From Eledone cirrhosa (Eukaryota), in NCBI GenBank assembly GCA_964016885.1, contig OZ024744.1:104098001-104162000 (forward strand): a stretch of 64,000 nucleotides of DNA, in the 5' to 3' direction. Of the stretch, positions 9,859 to 22,771 are shown piece by piece (position 1 is the first letter of the stretch; the number at the start of each line of letters is the position of its first letter). The position numbers and the translations under genes are program-made. Under the pieces are notes generated by a model. That model worked only from the letters and a program-made list of their open reading frames with translations. It made no database searches and was not told the origin of the DNA.

Positions 9859-10056
9859 GCTGTACTATCAGCAGTGTTGATGTTGAGCAGCAGATGAAGT
9901 TTGTCAAAGAAAACTGCAGTTTTTCTAAAAATAGTTTCATGGGAGAATTAGATTCTCCAAAACAAAGATCCGAACATGACCAGACAACATTCAAAGTTTA
10001 TAAAGGAGTGAAATGCTTTGATTTTAACAAGAAAAAGAACATGCTTGTGACTGGAG
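9859..10056 (+). CDS. WD40-repeat protein, exon D
   Basis: CCCCTCAG acceptor and AG|GTAAGA donor. Encodes CTISSVDVEQQMK...DQTTFKVYKGVKCFDFNKKKNMLVTG-G; phase 1 to 1. Confidence 0.9.
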
Positions 10057-10069
10057 GTAAGAATTAAAC

Positions 10070-11004
10070 TATCATCATCAATATTACCATCACCATCAAC
10101 ACCAACACCACCACCACCATCGTTATCATCATCATTGTCATCGTTGTCATCACCACCACCACCACCACCACCACTACTATCATCATCATCATCATCAGTC
10201 ATCATTGTCATCATCTTTGTCATCGTCATCATCATCATCACCACTGCCATCATCACCACCACCACCACCATCAATCATCACCACCACCACCACCACCATC
10301 ACCACCATCATCATCACCACCACCACTGCTATCATCATCACCACCACCACCACCACCACCACCACCACCACTACTATCATCATCATCATCATCAGTCATC
10401 ATTGTCATCATCTTTGTCATCGTCATCATCATCATCACCACTGCCATCATCACCACCACCACCAACACCATCATCACCACCACCACCTCCACCACCACCA
10501 CTACTATAATCATCATCAGTCATCATTGTCATCATCATTGTCATCGTCATCACCACTGCTATCATCATCATCACCACCACCACCATCATCACCACCACCA
10601 CCACCACCACCACCACCACCATCATCACCACCACCACCACCACCACCACCACCACCACCACCATCATCACCACCACCACCTCCACCACCACCACCACTAC
10701 TATCGTCATCATCATCAGTCATCATTGTCATCATCTTTGTCATCGTCATCACCACTGCTATCATCATCACCACCACCACCATCACCACCACCACCATCAC
10801 CACCACCACCACCACCACCACCACCACCACCACCACCACCACCACCACCACCACCACCACCACCACCATCACCACCACCACCACCACCATCACCACCACC
10901 ACCACCACCATCACCACCACCACCACCACCATCACCACCACCACCACCACCACCACCACCACCACCACCACCACCACCACCACTATCATTATCATCATCA
11001 TCAT
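10070..11004. repeat. Compound (CAC)n/(CAT)n trinucleotide repeat
   Basis: Recurring blocks CAGTCATCATTGTCATCATCTTTGTCATCGTC separated by (CAC)n runs. Confidence 0.95.
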
Positions 11005-11154
11005 TTAATGTTTATTTTTAATAGCCCTGTAATATCATGTTGAAATATTCTGGGTAAAACATTAATTTGTTTTGTTTTATTTGTCATCTTTTGCCCTTCA
11101 TATATTTCTACCACATTCTACCTCATCAACTATTTACATTATGTTATGTTAAGA

Positions 11155-11680
11155 TTGTTGGATTAGCAGAATAGGTAGAGCGTCAAACAAAATACTTTGC
11201 AATATTTGTTCTGGCTCTTTACATTCTAAGTTCAATATTTGCCGGGGTCAACTTTGCTCTTCACCCTTTGCAAGGTTTATAAAATAAAGTACTAGTCAAG
11301 CACTGGGGTTGATTGCAGAGGTCTTTTGCAAGCGCTGGCATGTGCCATGGCTGCCACATAAAGGGGGCGCCACCTGGACTAAGAGCATGTTCCATTAACG
11401 TCAAATAAGCCTTGTCAGAGAGTGAAAAAAGAAACTCCTTCAGGTATATAATCTGTCTCTATCATGGGTGAGAACACTATGGTGGCTGGATCATTAAACT
11501 ATTTATATAAATTATTAGACCCCTAGGTAAAAAATACAGTGCTGGGCAGGGGCACAATATCACTGCTTGCCATAGGTGCTATTTTCCCCTAGTTATGCCT
11601 CTGGTTGCTTTATTTAACTTTGAAACCCCCCCCCCCCCCCCAATTGCTAGCCTCGTGCCTAGATTAGAAATAATTATTTA
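11155..11680 (+). mobile_element. Degenerate SINE interrupted by a hAT-like MITE (11316-11603)
   Basis: SINE body AAGTTCAA...AACTTTGCTCTTCA...ATAAAATAAAGTACTAG and tail TTGCTAGCCTCGTGCCTAGATTAGAAA. The insert ends CAGAGG...CCTCTG with a degenerate TSD (GTTGATTG / GTTGCTTT). Confidence 0.5.
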
Positions 11681-11776
11681 TTATTTTATTTTTATAAAAC
11701 CATAAACAGACGTTAGCATTTTAAGATAGTTTATTAAAATATCCAGTTTCTTGTATTTCCAATTATTCTATTTTAG

Positions 11777-11819
11777 GAATGGATCGTCTCATCAGAATTT
11801 GGAACCCTTATGTACCTGG
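11777..11819 (+). CDS. WD40-repeat protein, exon E (43 nt)
   Basis: TTTTAG acceptor and GG|GTATGT donor. Completes TGGMDRLIRIWNPYVPG, the WD-repeat end characteristic of WDR49/WDR95/WDY-type proteins. Confidence 0.9.
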
Positions 11820-12163
11820 GTATGTAGACTTTATATATCAGAAGAGCTAATTTCCAGCCACTAGTGTAAAACTTAACCCTCTCGTTACCCTATTTCTAAT
11901 TAAATACACTCTATTTCAATTAATAATAAACAACATATATGCCATCAATAGCAAATAAGGAAAAGATACTTGTTATTGAACTATATAGTATATGTTGTGG
12001 TGTTGGTGGTAGTTGTTGTGGTGTTGGTGGTAGTTGTAGATGTTGTAGTGTTGGTTGCAGTTGTTGTAGTGTTGGTTGTAGTTGTTGTTGTGTTGGTGGC
12101 AGTAGTGTTAAGTGAGGGGGGTGAATTTTCGTCTCTGTCTAGCCTGTTCCTGTATGTCAGTTG

Positions 12164-12463
12164 TTGTTGTTAGAGACCTCTGGTGTGTAACTAGCCAGCT
12201 AAATGATTTGATCGGTAGATTCCTTGTTGTTAGAGACCTCTGGTGTGTAACTAACCAACTAAATGATTTGATCGACAGATTCCTTGTTGTTAGAGACCTC
12301 TGGTGTGTAACTAGCCAACTAAATGATTTGATCAACAGATTCCTTGTTGTTAGAGACCTCTGGTGTGTAACTAGCCAACTAAATGATTTGATCAACAGAT
12401 TCCTTGTTGTTAGAGACCTCTGGTATGTAACTAGCCAACTAAATGATTTGATCCACAGATTCC
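12164..12463. repeat. 60-bp minisatellite, 5 copies
   Basis: TTGTTGTTAGAGACCTCTGGTGTGTAACTAGCCAACTAAATGATTTGATCAACAGATTCC repeats with an exact 60-nt period. Confidence 0.95.
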
Positions 12464-12652
12464 TAGCTCTGAATCCCATCTGCTTCACTTCCATATTCTA
12501 CATTCTGATATGGGGTAGTTAATTGTAGGTCCTAACACTTTTGAGTCTTTACATTTTCTCTAATTATTCGTTAAGTTTTGAAGCTTCTGCTTAATCCAAA
12601 ATGGCCTAGTAGAAATAGCAGCTAAATCTCTACCAAACTTCTCTTTACCATC

Positions 12653-13179
12653 TTAACCCTTTACCATTTAAACCGGCTGTATCCAGCCAGAATACTCTCA
12701 CCTCTTTCTGTTCAAACCATCTGTAACCAGCCACTTATACCTGCATTAAGGTATTGTTCTAAAATTAAATAACATCAAAATCTCATAGATTCAATATTAT
12801 GTGAGGTAAAGCCTTTACCATGAAAATACAATAGTAAATATAGAGTAATGTAAATGCTAAAGAGTTAAAATTGGATCAACTGGAGCATCACATACCACTG
12901 TTATGGTGGTATGGGGGTGGTTACAAGGTTACAAGTAGTGGCAGGTTGACAGGTACAACTCTTAACCCATTAGTGTTCAAACCAGCCAGAATTCTCTACC
13001 TCTTTCTGTTGAAACCGGCTGTAACTGGTCGCTCAAACTGATGTTAAGGTATTGTTCTCAAAATAAATACTTTCAAAATCTCATAGATTCGATATTATGT
13101 GAGATAATTATGTGAGGTAAAGCCTTTACCATGAAAATATAATAGTATATATAAAATAATGTGAATGCTAAAGGGTTAA
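12653..13179. mobile_element. Two piggyBac-like MITEs in direct orientation (12653-12868, 12962-13179)
   Basis: TTAACCC...AATGCTAAAG(A/G)GTTAA ends; same body as 5095-5308. Confidence 0.75.
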
Positions 13180-13228
13180 ATAACTCTAAAGTGTTTCAAT
13201 AATTTTCTTTTTATCTTTATATTTTCAG

Positions 13229-13334
13229 AAAACCAACCGATATACTTCATGGTCATTCTGCTCCCATTTTCTACGTCTACTATAGTGAAGAAGACAATTG
13301 GATATTTAGTATATCATCAGATAAATGTATTAAA
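13229..13334 (+). CDS. WD40-repeat protein, exon F
   Basis: TTTTCAG acceptor and AAA|GTAAGA donor. Encodes KPTDILHGHSAPIFYVYYSEEDNWIFSISSDKCIK (GH...S.DK.IK WD40 signature). Confidence 0.9.
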
Positions 13335-13443
13335 GTAAGAAAATTATACTTTCCTATGTATTTGTTTTATACATTTTAAAGTAGAAATCCTCCATATTTT
13401 TCTCATTTTTAGTACGAGGTATATATATATATATATATATATA

Positions 13444-16400
13444 GGCAGTGAATTGGCAGAGTGGTTAGAACGTCAGATAGAATGGCAGAGTGGTTAGAAC
13501 GTCAGATAGAATGGTAGACTGGTTAGAACGTCAGATAGAATGGTAGAGTGGTTAGAACGTCAGATAGAATGGCAGAGTGGTTAGAACGTCAGATAGAATG
13601 GTAGAGTGGTTAGAACGTCAGATAGAATGGCAGAGTGGTTAGAACGTCAGATAGAATGGTAGAGTGGTTAGAACGTCAGATAGAATGGCAGAGTGGTTAG
13701 AACATCAGATAGAATGGCAGAGTAGTTAGAACGTCAGATAGAATGGTAGAGTCGTTAGAACATCAGATAGAATGGCAGAGTGGTTAGAACGTCAGATAGA
13801 ATGGCAGAGTCGTTAGAACGTCAGATAGAATGGTAGAGTGGTTAGAACGTCAGATAGAATGGTAGAGTGGTTAGAACGTCAGATAGAATGGTAGAGTCGT
13901 TAGAACGTCAGATAGAATGGTAGAGTCGTTAGAACATCAGATAGAATGGCAGAGTGGTTAGAACGTCAGATAGAATGGTAGAGTGGTTAGAATGTCAGAT
14001 AGAAGGGTAGAGTGGTTAGAACGTCAGATAGAATGGTAGAGTAGTTAGAACATCAGATAGAATGGTAGAGTGGTTAGAACGTCAGACAGAATGGTAGAGT
14101 GGTTAGAACGTCAGATAGAATGGCAGAGTGGTTAGAACGTCAGATAGAATGGCAGAGTGGTTAGAACGTCAGATAGAATGGCAGAGTCGTATAGAATGTC
14201 AGATAGAATGGCAGAGTGGTTAGAACGTCAGATAGAATGGCAGAGTGGTTAGAACGTCAGATAGAATGGCAGAGTCGTATAGAATGTCAGATAGAATGGC
14301 AGAGTGGTTAGAACGTCAGATAGAATGGCAGAGTGGTTAGAACGTCAGATAGAATGGTAGAGTGGTTAGAACGTCAGATAGAATGGTAGACTGGTTAGAA
14401 CGTCAGATAGAATGGTAGAGTGGTTAGAACGTCAGATAGAATGGTAGAGTGGTTAGAACGTCAGATAGAATGGCAGAGTGGTTAGAACGTCAGATAGAAT
14501 GGCAGAGTGGTTAGAACGTCAGATAGAATGGCAGAGTCGTTAGAATGGCAGAGTGGTTAGAACGTCATATAGAATGGTAGAGTCATTAGAACGTCATATA
14601 GAATGGCAGAGTCGTTAGAACGTCATATAGAATGGTAGAGTCATTAGAACGTAAGATAGAATGGTAGAGTGGTTAGAACGTCAGATAGAATGGTAGAGTC
14701 GTTAGAACATCAGATAGAATGGCAGAGTCGTTAGAACGTCAGATAGAATGGTAGAGTGGTTAGAACGTCAGATAGAATGGTAGAGTGGTTAGAACGTCAG
14801 ATAGAATGGTAGAGTGGTTAGAACGTCAGATAGAATGGTAGAGTGGTTAGAACGTCAGATAGAATGGTAGAGTCGTTAGAACATCAGATAGAATGGCAGA
14901 GTCGTTAGAACGTCAGATAGAATGGTAGAGTGGTTAGAACGTCAGATAGAATGGTAGAGTGGTTAGAACGTCAGATAGAATGGTAGAGTGGTTAGAACGT
15001 CAGATAGAATGGTAGAGTGGTTAGAATGTCAGATAGAATGGCAGAGTGGTTAGAATGTCAGATAGAATGGTAGAGTGGTTAGAACGTCAGATAGAATGGT
15101 ACAGTTGTTAGAACGTCAGATAGAATGGCAGCATCACTAGAACGTCAGATAGAATGGTAGAGTGGTTAGAACATCAGATAGAATGGCAGAGTGGTTAGAA
15201 CGTCAGATAGAATGGCAGAGTCGTTAGAACGTCAGATAGAATGGCAGAGTCGTTAGAACGTCAGATAGAATGGCAGAGTGGTTAGAACGTCAGATAGAAT
15301 GGCAGAGTGGTTAGAACGTCAGATAGAATGGTAGAGTGGTTAGAACGTCAGATAGAATGGCAGAGTTGTTAGAACGTCAGATAGAATGGCAGAGTGGTTA
15401 GAACGTCAGATAGAATGGTAGAGTCGTTAGAACATCAGATAGAATGGTAGAGTGGTTAGAACGTCAGACAGAATGGTAGAGTTGTTAGAACGTCAGATAG
15501 AATGGTAGAGTTGTTAGAACGTCAGATAGAATGGTAGAGTGGTTAGAACGTCAGACAGAATGGTAGAGTGGTTAGAACGTCAGATAGAATGGCAGAGTGG
15601 TTAGAACGTCAGACAGAATGGTAGAGTGGTTAGAACGTCAGACAGAATGGTAGAGTGGTTAGAACGTCAGATAGAATGGCAGAGTGGTTAGAACGTCAGA
15701 TAGAATGGTAGAGTGGTTAGAACGTCAGACAGAATGGTAGAGTGGTTAGAACGTCAGATAGAATGGCAGAGTGGTTAGAACGTCAGATAGAATGGTAGAG
15801 TGGTTAGAACGTCAGATAGAATGGCAGAGTGGTTAGAACGTCAGATAGAAGGGTAGAGTAGTTAGAACATCAGATAGAATGGTAGAGTGGTTAGAACGTC
15901 AGACAGAATGGTAGAGTGGTTAGAACGTCAGATAGAATGGCAGAGTGGTTAGAACGTCAGATAGAATGGTAGAGTGGTTAGAACGTCAGATAGAATGGCA
16001 GAGTGGTTAGAACGTCAGATAGAATGGCAGAGTGGTTAGAACGTCAGATAGAATGGCAGAGTCGTTAGAACGTCATATAGAATGGTAGAGTCATTAGAAC
16101 GTAAGATAGAATGGTAGAGTGGTTAGAACGTCAGATAGAATGGTAGAGTGGTTAGAACGTCAGATAGAATGGTAGAGTCGTTAGAACATCAGATAGAATG
16201 GCAGAGTCGTTAGAACGTCATATAGAATGGTAGAGTCATTAGAACGTAAGATAGAATGGTAGAGTGGTTAGAACGTCAGATAGAATGGTAGAGTGGTTAG
16301 AACGTCAGATAGAATGGTAGAGTCGTTAGAACATCAGATAGAATGGCAGAGTCGTTAGAACGTCATATAGAATGGTAGAGTGGTTAGAACGTCAGATAGA

Positions 16401-19400
16401 ATGGTAGAGTGGTTAGAACGTCAGATAGAATGGTAGAGTGGTTAGAACGTCAGATAGAATGGTAGAGTGGTTAGAACATCAGATAGAATGGCAGAGTGGT
16501 TAGAACGTCAGATAGAATGGCAGAGTGGTTAGAACGTCAGATAGAATGGCAGAGTGGTTAGAATGTCAGATAGAATGGCAGAGTGGTTAGAACATCAGAT
16601 AGAATGGCAGAGTGGTTAGAACGTCAGATAGAATGGTAGAGTGGTTAGAACGTCAGATAGAATGGCAGAGTGGTTAGAACGTCAGATAGAATGGTAGAGT
16701 GGTTAGAACGTCAGATAGAATGGTAGAGTGGTTAGAACATCAGATAGAATGGCAGAGTGGTTAGAACGTCAGATAGAATGGTAGAGTGGTTAGAATGTCA
16801 GATAGAATGGCAGAGTGGTTAGAATGTCAGATAGAATGGTAGAGTGATTAGAACGTCAGATAGAATGGCAGAGTGGTTAGAACGTCAGATAGAATGGCAG
16901 AGTGGTTAGAACATCAGATAGAATGGCAGAGTGGTTAGAACGTCAGATAGAATGGCAGAGTGGTTAGAACGTCAGATAGAATGGCAGAGTCGTTAGAACG
17001 TCAGATAGAATGGTAGAGTCGTTAGAACATCAGATAGAATGGCAGAGTGGTTAGAACGTCAGATAGAATGGTAGAGTGGTTAGAATGTCAGATAGAAGGG
17101 TAGAGTGGTTAGAACGTCAGATAGAATGGTAGAGTAGTTAGAACATCAGATAGAATGGTAGAGTGGTTAGAACGTCAGACAGAATGGTAGAGTGGTTAGA
17201 ACGTCAGATAGAATGGCAGAGTGGTTAGAACGTCAGATAGAATGGCAGAGTGGTTAGAACGTCAGATAGAATGGCAGAGTCGTATAGAATGTCAGATAGA
17301 ATGGCAGAGTGGTTAGAACGTCAGATAGAATGGCAGAGTGGTTAGAACGTCAGATAGAATGGCAGAGTCGTATAGAATGTCAGATAGAATGGCAGAGTGG
17401 TTAGAACGTCAGATAGAATGGCAGAGTGGTTAGAACGTCAGATAGAATGGTAGAGTGGTTAGAACGTCAGATAGAATGGTAGACTGGTTAGAACGTCAGA
17501 TAGAATGGTAGAGTGGTTAGAACGTCAGATAGAATGGTAGAGTGGTTAGAACGTCAGATAGAATGGCAGAGTGGTTAGAACGTCAGATAGAATGGCAGAG
17601 TGGTTAGAACGTCAGATAGAATGGCAGAGTCGTTAGAATGGCAGAGTGGTTAGAACGTCATATAGAATGGTAGAGTCATTAGAACGTCATATAGAATGGC
17701 AGAGTCGTTAGAACGTCATATAGAATGGTAGAGTCATTAGAACGTAAGATAGAATGGTAGAGTGGTTAGAACGTCAGATAGAATGGTAGAGTCGTTAGAA
17801 CATCAGATAGAATGGCAGAGTCGTTAGAACGTCAGATAGAATGGTAGAGTGGTTAGAACGTCAGATAGAATGGTAGAGTGGTTAGAACGTCAGATAGAAT
17901 GGTAGAGTGGTTAGAACGTCAGATAGAATGGTAGAGTGGTTAGAACGTCAGATAGAATGGTAGAGTCGTTAGAACATCAGATAGAATGGCAGAGTCGTTA
18001 GAACGTCAGATAGAATGGTAGAGTGGTTAGAACGTCAGATAGAATGGTAGAGTGGTTAGAACGTCAGATAGAATGGTAGAGTGGTTAGAACGTCAGATAG
18101 AATGGTAGAGTGGTTAGAATGTCAGATAGAATGGCAGAGTGGTTAGAATGTCAGATAGAATGGTAGAGTGGTTAGAACGTCAGATAGAATGGTACAGTTG
18201 TTAGAACGTCAGATAGAATGGCAGCATCACTAGAACGTCAGATAGAATGGTAGAGTGGTTAGAACATCAGATAGAATGGCAGAGTGGTTAGAACGTCAGA
18301 TAGAATGGCAGAGTCGTTAGAACGTCAGATAGAATGGCAGAGTCGTTAGAACGTCAGATAGAATGGCAGAGTGGTTAGAACGTCAGATAGAATGGCAGAG
18401 TGGTTAGAACGTCAGATAGAATGGTAGAGTGGTTAGAACGTCAGATAGAATGGCAGAGTTGTTAGAACGTCAGATAGAATGGCAGAGTGGTTAGAACGTC
18501 AGATAGAATGGTAGAGTCGTTAGAACATCAGATAGAATGGTAGAGTGGTTAGAACGTCAGACAGAATGGTAGAGTTGTTAGAACGTCAGATAGAATGGTA
18601 GAGTTGTTAGAACGTCAGATAGAATGGTAGAGTGGTTAGAACGTCAGACAGAATGGTAGAGTGGTTAGAACGTCAGATAGAATGGCAGAGTGGTTAGAAC
18701 GTCAGACAGAATGGTAGAGTGGTTAGAACGTCAGACAGAATGGTAGAGTGGTTAGAACGTCAGATAGAATGGCAGAGTGGTTAGAACGTCAGATAGAATG
18801 GTAGAGTGGTTAGAACGTCAGACAGAATGGTAGAGTGGTTAGAACGTCAGATAGAATGGCAGAGTGGTTAGAACGTCAGATAGAATGGTAGAGTGGTTAG
18901 AACGTCAGATAGAATGGCAGAGTGGTTAGAACGTCAGATAGAAGGGTAGAGTAGTTAGAACATCAGATAGAATGGTAGAGTGGTTAGAACGTCAGACAGA
19001 ATGGTAGAGTGGTTAGAACGTCAGATAGAATGGCAGAGTGGTTAGAACGTCAGATAGAATGGTAGAGTGGTTAGAACGTCAGATAGAATGGCAGAGTGGT
19101 TAGAACGTCAGATAGAATGGCAGAGTGGTTAGAACGTCAGATAGAATGGCAGAGTCGTTAGAACGTCATATAGAATGGTAGAGTCATTAGAACGTAAGAT
19201 AGAATGGTAGAGTGGTTAGAACGTCAGATAGAATGGTAGAGTGGTTAGAACGTCAGATAGAATGGTAGAGTCGTTAGAACATCAGATAGAATGGCAGAGT
19301 CGTTAGAACGTCATATAGAATGGTAGAGTCATTAGAACGTAAGATAGAATGGTAGAGTGGTTAGAACGTCAGATAGAATGGTAGAGTGGTTAGAACGTCA

Positions 19401-20252
19401 GATAGAATGGTAGAGTCGTTAGAACATCAGATAGAATGGCAGAGTCGTTAGAACGTCATATAGAATGGTAGAGTGGTTAGAACGTCAGATAGAATGGTAG
19501 AGTGGTTAGAACGTCAGATAGAATGGTAGAGTGGTTAGAACGTCAGATAGAATGGTAGAGTGGTTAGAACATCAGATAGAATGGCAGAGTGGTTAGAACG
19601 TCAGATAGAATGGCAGAGTGGTTAGAACGTCAGATAGAATGGCAGAGTGGTTAGAATGTCAGATAGAATGGCAGAGTGGTTAGAACATCAGATAGAATGG
19701 CAGAGTGGTTAGAACGTCAGATAGAATGGTAGAGTGGTTAGAACGTCAGATAGAATGGCAGAGTGGTTAGAACGTCAGATAGAATGGTAGAGTGGTTAGA
19801 ACGTCAGATAGAATGGTAGAGTGGTTAGAACATCAGATAGAATGGCAGAGTGGTTAGAACGTCAGATAGAATGGTAGAGTGGTTAGAATGTCAGATAGAA
19901 TGGCAGAGTGGTTAGAATGTCAGATAGAATGGTAGAGTGATTAGAACGTCAGATAGAATGGCAGAGTGGTTAGAACGTCAGATAGAATGGCAGAGTGGTT
20001 AGAACATCAGATAGAATGGCAGAGTGGTTAGAACGTCAGATAGAATGGCAGAGTGGTTAGAACGTCAGATAGAATGGCAGAGTCGTTAGAACGTCAGATA
20101 GAATAGTAGAGTGGTTAGAACGTCAGATAGAATGCTTTATGGTATTCATGCCGGGTCTCTGCTCTCTGAGTTCAAATCCCGTCATGGTCAACTCTGCCTT
20201 TCCTCCTTTCGAGGTCGATAAAAAAAGTACCAGACAAGTACTGGGGTCAATT
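13444..20252 (+). mobile_element. tRNA-derived SINE split by an internal 29-bp satellite expansion
   Basis: Head GGCAGTGAATTGGCAGAGTGG at 13444. After the array come GCTTTATGGTATT..., B-box GAGTTCAAATCC (20168-20179) and AACTCTGCCTTTCCTCCTTTCGAGGTCGATAAAAAAAGTACCAG, as in the SINE at 4307. Confidence 0.85.
13454..20133 (+). repeat. 29-bp satellite, ~230 copies (TGGYAGAGTGGTTAGAACGTCAGATAGAA)
   Basis: Direct tandem periodicity, with an internal 3093-bp duplication. Confidence 0.97.
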
Positions 20253-20857
20253 CTTCCTCTCTCTGGAAGAAATATGCTGTACTCAGGGCTCCGACAGGGT
20301 TAAAATGTCCAAGAAACGCTGTATGTCAATACGGTGTACCTACGACTCTATCATGAGTTACGGGATATAAAATATATAAATTTTGTATATAATCTACTTA
20401 CTTATTAAGTACTGTATATGTCTGTATATATTTTATTGATGCCAGCCCAGGCTTCAGTGCTTGCCAAGCTGAAGAGTACAAACTGTCAAAGTATTGGCCG
20501 CCCCTTGGTAAGTTTTGCGGTTGAGCCTGCAACAGTGGAGACATTTTCGACACTCTTGACCCCCAAAGATCACATCCCTACTAATTTCTATCAGGGCGGA
20601 GTTGGTTGCCCGCATGTGTAAGCCCCACAAGGTGGAGTGGTTGTTCCAATGCATCTCTCTTGCTATCTTCTGTGGCAATGTTTTCTTCACCCTATCGGAC
20701 ATGACCATGAGGCGGACTGACACTGGAACATTAAATGGTAGACACAGATCATATACACACACACACGCACACATATAACATGCACTCACATCTACAGCGA
20801 TCTCCTCTTTTTTTTTTGCTATTTTTTCTTCTCACCTTGTAAGCAGTCAACTATTTT

Positions 20858-21175
20858 AATAATAATATAATAATAATAATAATAATAATATAATAATAAT
20901 AATAATAATAATAATATAATAATAATAATAATGATAATAATAATGAAATTAGTGTGTACAGTGCTCAGGTGCACTACAGCTCATCAAAGGTGCATGTATA
21001 GTACATAGAATAATGTACAAATGTCAGGAAAATGAACAGTGTATGAGTCATGATATAATAACAATAACAATAATGAAATATTGTGTACAGTGCCCAGGTG
21101 CACCACAACTCATCAAAAAAGTGCATGTACAGTACATAGGGCAATGCACAAACATCAGTAAAATGAACAGTTTTT
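20858..21175 (-). mobile_element. Two tandem CR1-type LINE 3'UTR fragments with (ATT)n tail
   Basis: GTGTACAGTGC...CAACTCATCAAA...AGTACATAG...AAAATGAACAG matches 26385-26490. Confidence 0.7.
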
Positions 21176-21296
21176 TTTTTGATATCATATTTCTAATGAA
21201 ATACACTGCCAACAACAATATATCTTTTTTATAAGTACCAAGCACATCTATAACAACAACGATACACAAACACAGCTACATATACATATCTATATA

Positions 21297-21352
<56 letters not shown>

Positions 21353-21383
21353 TATATATATATATCTATATATATATATATAT

Positions 21384-22028
21384 ACACGGAATAGGCAGAC
21401 CCAGAAAAACCTGGGACGAGCTGATAAACTCCGACCTCACACACTTACACCTCTCCAAGACAATGTCACTGGACCGAGACCTTTGGCGGTACTCAGTAAC
21501 AGAGAAGACCCGCCTTACCTAAATACATAGTAAAACCTACTACAGTCAGTAGGCATCTCTAACAAAATACACCCCCGTCCCACCACCCCCACCCCATCCA
21601 CACCGCCCCCTTCTATGTAAAGTTATGTTGGTGCCACAACATCCAGGCCAAAACAAATGAGATCATGTAGGTGTCACGACAAAAAAATACACAGTCCACG
21701 CTGTAATGTGGCCGTGTAGGCAACACGGTAAATACCTCCCAGCCCCACACTGTAAATGTGGTTGGTGTTAGGAAGGGCATCCAGCTGTAGAAAACCCGCC
21801 AGACAGTCCACGCTGTAATGTGGCCGTGTAGGCAACACGGTAAAAACCTCCCAGTCCCACACTGTAAATGTGGTTGGTGTTAGGAAGGGCATCCAGCTGT
21901 AGAAAACCTGCCAGACAGTCCTATACGAGCAAGACAATCACTCTTGCCTCAAGTGGGAAAACCCCCGTCCAAACCCATGCAAGCGTGGAACACGGACGTT
22001 AAACTTTGATGATGATGATGATGATGAT
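21384..22028 (+). mobile_element. 5'-truncated RTE LINE fragment (copy of 127-636) with an internal ~115-bp duplication
   Basis: Starts CACGGAATAGGCAGACCCAGAAAAACCTGGGAC. ACAGTCCACGCTGTAATGTGG occurs twice. Ends in a (GAT)n tail. Confidence 0.8.
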
Positions 22029-22270
22029 ACGACGAAACGCTTCTCTATATTTTCTTCGGAAAGTATATTTATTCCATTTCAGAAACTAATTAGTTGGGAG
22101 TGAAATTTTAGTAAGTAAGTTAATTTTATAATTTTCTTATTTTACGTCTCTCATATTATTGTTCTGCAACCCCATGCATTGAACCACAAAGTTACTAAGA
22201 CAAAACTTATATATTTGCTAGCATTGATATGCATCTGTATGTATATATATGTTACTAGATATTAATTCTT

Positions 22271-22362
<92 letters not shown>

Positions 22363-22545
22363 TGTATATATATATATATATATATATCTGTATATATATA
22401 TATATATATATGTAGATAAATCTACCAAGAGTTTACGGTAGTGTCCAATCCGTATGAAGAACTCAATGTATTCCGGATATCATGGAAGGAAGAGATGTAA
22501 TGAAAAATCACTTTCGGTGAAAGATAAACGGTATACAGAGTCAAG

Positions 22546-22660
22546 ATAAAATATTAAACAAATAATGAATAAACAATGAAACAGTTCCTTATATTAAACA
22601 AAAAAAGTTTTTTTTGTTTAATATAAGGAACTGTTTCATTGTTTATTCATTATTTGTTTA

Positions 22661-22669
<9 letters not shown>
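22546..22669. repeat. Perfect AT-rich palindrome, 61-bp arms, 2-nt centre
   Basis: ATAAAATATTAAACAAATAATGAATAAACAATGAAACAGTTCCTTATATTAAACAAAAAAA, then GT, then the exact reverse complement. Confidence 0.9.
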
Positions 22670-22740
<71 letters not shown>

Positions 22741-22771
22741 TGTATATATATATACATCTGTATATATATAT

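Noticed and set aside
10135-11021. Poly-Pro/His/Thr/Val ORFs (extensin- or mucin-like)
   Set aside because: Products of (CAC)n/(CAT)n repeats just downstream of a canonical splice donor.
13454-20133. CRISPR-like array (29-bp repeat)
   Set aside because: Units are head-to-tail with no unique spacers, there are no cas genes, and the context is eukaryotic.
22495-22540. Possible additional hammerhead (TGAAAA-TCAC tttcg GTGA...AAACGGTA)
   Set aside because: The core lacks CUGANGA and GAAA in the correct register; too degenerate to call.
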